In this document: positions 31,585 to 39,045 of the stretch, piece by piece
How positions within the stretch are numbered: the stretch's first letter is position 1
How the letters are laid out: each line of letters opens with the position of its first letter
The notes under the pieces: model-generated
Seen by the model: the letters and a program-made list of their open reading frames with translations, nothing else
What the model was told of the DNA's origin: nothing
Database searches by the model: none
Assembly: GCA_001275005.1 (NCBI GenBank)
Contig: JWZX01003061.1
Coordinates: 1 to 41,996 of the forward strand
Reading direction: 5' to 3'
Source of the DNA: Chrysochromulina tobinii
Taxonomy: Eukaryota
DNA length: 41,996 bases
Translations under genes and position numbers: made by a program

Positions 31585-32799
31585 CTAAGGGCCCATATGT
31601 GTGTGCGTCCGCGCGCATTGCCAGCACGAGTGCCCAGAGCACGTCCTCCTCCTGCCTACGCGATGGGGCAAAGCACCGCCGTAGCCGCAAGGCTGTACGC
31701 AGCTGGCACAGCTAAGCGTGCCGCAGGTGCACTCAAGCTCCGTCCCGAATGGTATGGGGCTGCGGCAATGGCCTGCGGCCCAACGCTTACAACCGCCGCC
31801 TGAGGCATTGTCGGGGGCGAGGCCGCATCGGCCAGCCTTGGCATGTGCACACCAGAGGCGATGGCCATGGGCGCAGCCACTGCAGAAGAGCTCGTCGCAG
31901 AGCGCGCAGAGCACATTGCGCACGGGGAGGCACATGGCGCACAGGTCCATGCGTACGTCACACACACAAAACGAGCCCGGGTTCGCCGAGCCTGAGCTGT
32001 CCGCATGCACGCCCCAGCATTGGCGTCGCACCCTGAGGCCACGTGGCTCAGCGAAGAAGGCGCCGCAATTAGGCTTTGCACAGCGAAGCCAGCTTTGGTA
32101 GTTAGCAGCCACAGAGTGCCTCGTCGGTTCAAGCATCATTGCATGGCGCGCACGCATCGCCTCGTCCGCGGCTCGTAACTGTGCATCTTGTCGGCTGAGG
32201 TACGCGCGCCACTCTGCATCAGACCGGATGCGGATGGCCGCCTCTGCCACGTGCATGCGCATGCACTCCGGAGCGTCGCCGCATCCGTGGTGGCCATACT
32301 GAAATGGGGCCTCAGACACGCCGACGCCCACCTGGTGCCCGTTGCTTGCCCTCGCCTCTCGAAGTGCAGCTCTGCGCTCGCGTGCCCACGCCTCACGGAG
32401 CGGAACGAGCGCCTCAGCAGCAGCAGTGTGGAGTCGCTCGAGCTCTGCAGCGTGGCAGCGGACGATAAAGTCGTGCGCAATGAGCTGGAGTGGAGGGACT
32501 CCGGATACAGCGAAGCGCTTGGGCCGCTCCGGCTCCGCATCCGCTTTTGCTGCTGCCTCCGCCCTCTCTGCTGCCTTTAACCTCTTGTCAGCTGCTTTGA
32601 GTGCGGCTGACATGCCAGATCTTGACAATGAGCATTCGTGAGCGCGCTTGTTATTGCCCGCACACCGCGGGCAGGAGGCATCTCCCGGCGGCGGGAGCCG
32701 CACCGTCAGCTCAATGCCGCGCCAAGTTATGGAGCGTGTCGTCGCATGCATGTGTCTAATATCGTCAGCCTCTGTGAATGTACCCGGTACCGTGAACAT
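31585..32799 (-). CDS. Hypothetical protein with Cys/His-rich zinc-finger-like C-terminus
   Basis: 404-aa ORF with many CxxC pairs (CAMC, CALC, CSGC, CASC, CWQC). Start uncertain. Confidence 0.6.
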   Translation of the reverse strand: MFTVPGTFTEADDIRHMHATTRSITWRGIELTVRLPPPGDASCPRCAGNNKRAHECSLSRSGMSAALKAADKRLKAAERAEAAAKADAEPERPKRFAVSGVPPLQLIAHDFIVRCHAAELERLHTAAAEALVPLREAWARERRAALREARASNGHQVGVGVSEAPFQYGHHGCGDAPECMRMHVAEAAIRIRSDAEWRAYLSRQDAQLRAADEAMRARHAMMLEPTRHSVAANYQSWLRCAKPNCGAFFAEPRGLRVRRQCWGVHADSSGSANPGSFCVCDVRMDLCAMCLPVRNVLCALCDELFCSGCAHGHRLWCAHAKAGRCGLAPDNASGGGCKRWAAGHCRSPIPFGTELECTCGTLSCASCVQPCGYGGALPHRVGRRRTCSGHSCWQCARTHTHMGP

Positions 32800-32891
32800 G
32801 TTTCGCTGTCAGCATTCGTCATCCTAGAGGAATTCCTCTGCCATCTCCCGCACGTCGGGCACAGTCATCACAGCTCCGTGGAAAACCGCAC

Positions 32892-35840
32892 TCATCTGCT
32901 CTCAGATTGATCTTTATGATCCATGCGGAACTTCATGATCTCTCGTTTCGTGAGCTCCTTGCCAGAGGTTGGCTTGCCTAACTTGGTCTCGATCGTGCGC
33001 TTAATGAACATGCACATGTGCTCGACAAGGTCCTCGGTGTCCATGGCCGGCTTCTTGTCCCACGAGGCCGGGTGCTCCTGGCAGAACTTATCGTACGCTG
33101 CGCTCACCACGCAGTCCCTGAGCTCGATCTTCTCGCCCGTCGCCTTGAGCTCCATGAGGTACTCGCCGCAGTCGCTGAAGCCGGCGTAGATGACCTCCTG
33201 CATGTCTGGGAGTGACTTCATCGTCGCCACGCGCACGATGGCTTCCAGAAAGTCCTCAAACCAAAGGTTCGTCACCTTGCGGCGTGCGGCGACCGAGCCG
33301 TCGTCGAAGGCCCACATGCGGCTCCACACGTAGACATTGCCCGCGTCCCGCGACGTGAAGGTGCGATCGAGCCACGCGAAAGCGTCGACGAGCTGCAGCC
33401 AATTGTCCCACGAAAGGCCCTCCTTAGTCGCGAACGGGTTGGGCTCATCCGACAGGTTGGGCTTCTCCTCGTAGGCGAACGCGTCGAAGATCGCGCGCAG
33501 CATGTCGAGATTCTTGCGCAGGATGGCGTCTACCCCTTCCGTGTACATCAGCTCGCGCCGGAACTTATTCGAGTCCTGATGTGCGACTTTGGGCGTCTTG
33601 GCCTCGCACTCGGCGAGCAAGCGTCCGAGCGCGTCGGACACGTCGGACATCTCCCCCGTCTGCACGTAGCGCATGACGCAGACGCGCACAAGCATCTCCA
33701 TCCACTCGCGACGGTTGAGCATCGCGTTTGGGTTGACGCACTTTGGCTCCGCTGTCGCGAGCCCCGCGGAGGAGCTCGTATTCACGACCAGGAAGAGCTG
33801 CGCAAAGTGCTCCTTCGATCGATGTTGCGAGTTGCGCTCCGTGAGCTCCAGGTGCTCGACGAACTTCTGGTACTCGTTCTTCTCGATGAACAGGCTCGGG
33901 TACACTCCGCCGATCGCGAGCTCGTGTTTGAAGCCTGGCTTCGAGATGGACGACACGGAGTAGTAGTCGTACAGGTTCCACATCACGTCACAATACCACG
34001 AAAGGTTGCCACAGACCTCGCGCAGCTCTTCGGAGGTTTGGATGTAGCCTTCGATCGCGTGCAGCTGAGCACCCGGTGACAACGGACCTCCACTTGGGGA
34101 CTGCGGCGAGGCCGGCCTGTCGGCGCCACCCTCGCCGCCAGCGCCACCCTTATCGACCCCGTCGGGCGACCGTTCCAAGACCCATTTCAAGTAGCCCGCG
34201 AGCCTGCACTCGTCCACGCGAAGCGCGCGATCCCACAGCAACTCAACCACCTTCGTCTTGAAATTGGGCGTGTCGTAAAAGTCGCGCGCGTCGCACCTCT
34301 TCTCACGCTCCGCCCAGACCGACATCGAGAGGTTCCAGCGCTCAACCACCACCTTGGCCTTCGGCTTCTCTGCCACCTTGATCACCACCTCCTCCACCTG
34401 CTCGCGAATGACGAAGCGGTTGAGCGCGACGTTCCTCACGGCCGCGCTGTACTGAGCACGCAGCCTTGGATCGTCTCCACGCCCGTGCTCGGAGGCCTCC
34501 AGCAGCGCCGCAAGCGCTCTCGTGGCGTCCGTGCGTGCGCTTTGCTGGCGCCTCTCAAACTCATCGATCGCGTCCTCGTACACCTCCGGCACTGCCCAGC
34601 CGCCCGGCAGCTCTGGGCGCAGTGACGCGAGCGGCGCCGCATAGATTTTGGGCTTGGCGGGCGGCGGTGTGCTCGAACGGGCGGACTCGGGGGGGCGCGC
34701 GCGCACATAGATAGGAGGGGCCCTGTCCAGCACCGCGGCGTACGAGCGAATGGCCTCGTCGCGATCTCGATTGCTTTCCTGTCGGGCTCTCAGCCGGACC
34801 GCGTTCGCGTCGCTCGAGTACAGGTCGTTGTAGTGAGCCCGCCAGATCTCCGCGCGGCTCGCGTTCGGGTCCGCCATCACGTCCCGGCGGTACTTCGCCG
34901 CCTCGGTCGGCACGAGTTTCGGCCGAGGCGGTGCCTTCGAGAAGCGAGATCGACTCACGCCATCGTACACGCTGCGTCCATGGGCGCCCATTGAAGGGTG
35001 AGCGGTGTGCCCGCGGCTGGTCTGGGCGGAACGAGGCTGGGGGGTTGGTGACCACGTGTCTCGGGTGTACGCTGGTGTCTCCCGAAACGTGTAGGGCAGG
35101 CTCGAGCTCAGCAGCTGACGAAACTCGACGGGATGCTGGGCGCGCACGACCTCAAGATGCGGATCTCCGCCAGTGACGAATCGTACGCCCTCGAGCAAGT
35201 CGGCATCGTCGGCGGTGGGCTTGGGACTCGTTGCGACGAGCTCTTTCACGGTGGATTGCACGAACCGGGAGACCTGGGTTGTGAGAGTGGTGATCATTTC
35301 CTTGTAGCTCGATGCCGGTAGCTCACCTAGCTCCTTGCGGCGCTGCGCTGCGTCTTTCCAGAGCCCTCGAGAATAGGCGGGCGTCGAGGATGGTGTGAAG
35401 GATGGCGCGGGTGCGCCGGCCTGCAGGGATGAACAAGACGGTGCGCCTGCTTGATGGTGCCGCGGTCTGGAACTTGTGGGTGTTCTCATCACACGAGGGG
35501 ATTTGGGTGTTCTCATCGACGTGCAAGGGCACGACGCGATTGGCGACGTGGGATCGTCAAACGGCTGCCGGATCATCGCGCCGGCCCGCGCGGCGCCGTG
35601 TACAAGGAACGAGGGGGGCGCCGAGGCCGGTCGCGTGATGACCGGCGATTCTTCTTCCAGTCCTCTGGGTACATGCACGGATTGAGCCTCTATGGCTTGA
35701 AGGACTCGAGGAGAGGGGTCTTTTGTGCCTGATGCGAAAGACATTCGCTTTCTCGGCGGGGTGCTCTTTCCGGGGCTCGCTTCTCGGCATTCCAGGACCG
35801 CGCCCGTTGCTCCGTCAGACGATTCGACCACACGCTCCAT
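32892..35840 (-). CDS. Large hypothetical protein with a low-complexity N-terminus and helical/EF-like C-terminal domain
   Basis: Uninterrupted ORF, open to 36008, with strong GC3 bias. Repeated helical motifs LNRREWMEMLVRV and LWFEDFLEAIVRVA. Confidence 0.75.
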   Translation of the reverse strand: MERVVESSDGATGAVLECREASPGKSTPPRKRMSFASGTKDPSPRVLQAIEAQSVHVPRGLEEESPVITRPASAPPSFLVHGAARAGAMIRQPFDDPTSPIASCPCTSMRTPKSPRVMRTPTSSRPRHHQAGAPSCSSLQAGAPAPSFTPSSTPAYSRGLWKDAAQRRKELGELPASSYKEMITTLTTQVSRFVQSTVKELVATSPKPTADDADLLEGVRFVTGGDPHLEVVRAQHPVEFRQLLSSSLPYTFRETPAYTRDTWSPTPQPRSAQTSRGHTAHPSMGAHGRSVYDGVSRSRFSKAPPRPKLVPTEAAKYRRDVMADPNASRAEIWRAHYNDLYSSDANAVRLRARQESNRDRDEAIRSYAAVLDRAPPIYVRARPPESARSSTPPPAKPKIYAAPLASLRPELPGGWAVPEVYEDAIDEFERRQQSARTDATRALAALLEASEHGRGDDPRLRAQYSAAVRNVALNRFVIREQVEEVVIKVAEKPKAKVVVERWNLSMSVWAEREKRCDARDFYDTPNFKTKVVELLWDRALRVDECRLAGYLKWVLERSPDGVDKGGAGGEGGADRPASPQSPSGGPLSPGAQLHAIEGYIQTSEELREVCGNLSWYCDVMWNLYDYYSVSSISKPGFKHELAIGGVYPSLFIEKNEYQKFVEHLELTERNSQHRSKEHFAQLFLVVNTSSSAGLATAEPKCVNPNAMLNRREWMEMLVRVCVMRYVQTGEMSDVSDALGRLLAECEAKTPKVAHQDSNKFRRELMYTEGVDAILRKNLDMLRAIFDAFAYEEKPNLSDEPNPFATKEGLSWDNWLQLVDAFAWLDRTFTSRDAGNVYVWSRMWAFDDGSVAARRKVTNLWFEDFLEAIVRVATMKSLPDMQEVIYAGFSDCGEYLMELKATGEKIELRDCVVSAAYDKFCQEHPASWDKKPAMDTEDLVEHMCMFIKRTIETKLGKPTSGKELTKREIMKFRMDHKDQSESR

Positions 35841-36193
35841 CGCTTTGATCGTGACCGCTCCGCCGGCCAAGGGGACGGACACCAACAGTTGAACAGTTGT
35901 CCCATTTATGGATAGAAGGGGGGTTAAAAAGTGTGCCGCGGGTTGCATGCACCACATAATTGCACATCGCACGTCCCCAAGAATGCGCTGTGGTGAGAGA
36001 AGTGCCATAGGGGCCGCGCCGAGGAACAGTGAAACAGTGTAAACCCTGCCCCAAATCGTACATGTTCACATGCGATACATTCTTAACGAAGAAAACGCCC
36101 CTCGTCAACATCTAATCCTACTATCCTTTTCCGAGTATCGCGAGTGTTACCGGTACTATGTAACAGCCAATTCACACCTCTGCGCAAGGAAAA

Positions 36194-38603
36194 ATGCTCG
36201 ACCTCAATCGTCGATCTGTCGCCGTCGCTGCGACGGCGCTCATGGCCGTCGTCATCGTCTGGACCCGCCAGCCGGCTTCTTCATCAGCACCCGCGTCTTC
36301 TCCATCTACCACAGCCGCTCCTGCTCACCAAGATATACACCGCGCCATCTCCGAAGCCGTGCTGGCCGTTAGTCAAGGCGGAGCGGGCAGCGGGGCTGAT
36401 TCTGCAATGGACGAGGCTGTTCGCTTGTTGTCGGCGCTACGGACACGAATTTCAGCGTCTTCGGTGGAGACGGTGCAAGGCGAATCACCAAAGACTGGCC
36501 ACAATGAACATTTGCTTTGGCCGCCGGCTCCGCCATCTGCTGGGTCCGACCTAATCTCAGAACCGCCGATCGCTCAGTCGCTGGGCGCGCCCGTGCCGCT
36601 ATCGACGCCTTCGCCATATCCCCCGCCACCACCGGTCGCAAGGTCCTCTTCAGCTGCCATGCCTGCAGCGTCTGTTGCGCCCGCCTCGCCGCAGTCTGCA
36701 GTGTCCCGCTTCCTACGCCACTCGCCAGCACTGCTGCGGCTACACGCGCATGCCACGCAGCTGCGGCTGTACGTCTACGAGCCGCCCCTTTCCGCCGGCT
36801 GGTCGGCGCGCAATCTCACGCGCAGCTTCCCGCGCTGCGCCACCTTTCAGTGGAGTGGAGATGCAGAGTTGACGGAACGGATACGCACCCACCCGACGCT
36901 CGCCACTACCGACCCCTCGCGTGCGGATTATTTCGTGGTGCCCTTCCTCTCCAAGTGCTACTTCAACTACGTGGCCAAGTACCGGCTCGCGCCTATGGAC
37001 AACACGCTGCACGCGGTCCTCAGCTACCTAAAATGGAGCGGACCGTGGTGGTCGCGCCATCCTGAGCGTCATCTCTTCTTCTTCATGAGTGGTGCGCGGA
37101 CTTGATTGCGACTGATGGCATTCTTCATGAGTCGTGCGTGGACTTGATTGCGACTGAAGGCATTCTTCATGAGCGGTGCGCGGACTTGATTGCGACTGAT
37201 GGCATTCTTCATGAGTGGTGCGCGGACTTGATTGCGACTGATGGCATTCGATGGCGTCGGATGGCGTCCGACGGTGCATGATTGCCTCCACTTGATGGCT
37301 TCTGATGGCCTCTGATCACCTTTGTCGTCCTCCAGGTGTCGGCGCGGGCATAGTGCCCTCCTGGCGGCGCTCCCTGCAGCAGAGCGTCTTCATAGTCGCC
37401 GAGGGCGATAGGCAAGTGGATTACTTCCGCGAGGGCCACGACATCGTAGTGCCGGGCAAGGCGAGCATGGCCCTCTGAGTGCCCTCTGATTGCCCTCTGA
37501 TAGCCCTCTGATGACCTCTGATTGCCTTCTGAGTACCTTCTGATTTCGATTTCCCTTTGATTGTCCTCCGTAGCCAACTGATTACCCTCCGAGATTACCC
37601 CCGAGATTGCAGGTGAGCACCCACCACAAGCGTGAGCAGAGGTCGCCGTTGGAGCGCAAGTACATGGGGGTCTTCCGCGGATCACTCGATGCAGCGCTTC
37701 GCGACTCCGAGGGCGGGCGCGTGCGCAAGCGCAACAAGCTGCGCCGCTGGCTCGCCCAGACTCTGGAGGGCGATCGTGGCTTCATCTTCTCAGGTCGCAA
37801 ATCCAAACGGTATGCCGAGGAGACTGATGACTGATGACTGATGACTGATGACTGATGGCTGATGACTGATGACTGATGGCTGATGACTGATGACTGATGA
37901 CTGATGACTGATGACTGATGGCTGATGACTGATGGCTGATGGCTGATGACTGATGACTGATGGCTGATGACTGATGGCTGATGACTGATGACTGATGACT
38001 GATGGCTGATGACTGATGGCTGATGACTGATGACGGCCTGCCGAGGAGCCTGATGCCCTCGGATGGCGTCTGTGTGCGTCTGAGTGCGTCTGAGTGCGTC
38101 TGGTTCCCTCCTTCATCAGGTACGTCGACGAGATGGACAACTCTCGCTTCTGCATCATCCCGCGTGGCAACACACCGTGGACGCGTCGCTTTTTCGATGC
38201 GGTCGTGCGTGGCTGCATCCCGGCCGTGCTGTCCGACCCGGTGAGCTTTCCTTATGAGAGGCTCATCGACTTCCGAAACTTGACCATCAAATTGCCCGAG
38301 CAATGGACGCCGCACCTCGCGCGCGAGCTGCGTGCCGTGAACGCGAGCGCCATCGTGGCGCTCCACCGCAACTTGATGCGTCTCTGGCCTGCTTTCGTGT
38401 ATGACAGCGAGCGCGGCGGGTGCGCGTTCGAGATGCTACTGCTCGAGCTCGCTGCCCGCCGCCGACACTTTTATGACACGTGGCCCGCGGCCACTCCCAA
38501 CACGCCGCAGCACTTTTGGTCGCCCGTGCGCGGCGGCCTCTTTGAGTTGCCTGAGGCGCGCAAGGTCGGCCCCAGCTGGGGCGCGGGCGCATTGCCGCAT
38601 TGA
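36194..38603 (+). CDS. Exostosin-family (GT47) glycosyltransferase, 4 exons
   Basis: Exons 36194-37091, 37336-37460, 37613-37809 and 38120-38603 join in frame. Motifs LYVYE, TTDPSRADYFVVP, HDIVVPG, SRFCIIPRG and GCIPAVLSD; type II N-terminal anchor. Confidence 0.92.
37092..37335 (+). repeat. Intron with four 42-bp tandem units spanning the donor junction
   Basis: Units start at 37079, 37121, 37163 and 37205. Confidence 0.9.
37461..37612 (+). repeat. GC-AG intron with (CCCTCTGAKKG-like)n repeats
   Basis: AAG|GCGAGC donor and TTGCAG|GT acceptor; phase 0. Confidence 0.8.
37810..38119 (+). repeat. Intron with about 30 copies of the 7-mer CTGATGR
   Basis: Array at 37824-38033; acceptor CCTCCTTCATCAG|GTAC. 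Confidence 0.9.
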
Positions 38604-39045
38604 CGCGACGCCGAGGCCCGCGTATCGCGATGTCGCGATGACCTGATGTGCCTTAGTCCACTTTTTGCAGGCAACGGCCAAGAACGCACTTCGTTCTAGT
38701 TTTACGCACATGGTCCACAACTTCACGCTACGTTCCTACGTCCTCGCTGCGCGGCGTGTTCCGTGTAATGGGATCGGTCGTCGCACGGGAACACTCCAAG
38801 CATGTCGAGTCACACGGTCCGCCGGGCCCACCGCCAATCGCCTCTTCTGAGGAATGAGCCATTGAGGTATGTAGCTCGAACGATGTGGAGAACATGGTGG
38901 ACCTGTGCCTCGCCGGCGCATAAAATTTAAGGCGCGTTTGGCTTATTTAGGGGTTCGCAGTTCTGACCCCCACGTGCCACGACCTCGCTCCTCATTCCCA
39001 CAGATGGCGGGTGCATTCTAACATGCATGCCCACGCACATAAGGC

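Noticed and set aside
37079..37249. CRISPR-like appearance of the 42-bp repeats (also the 67-bp units near 40850-41005)
   Set aside because: Head-to-tail units with no unique spacers, no cas genes, and located in eukaryotic introns.
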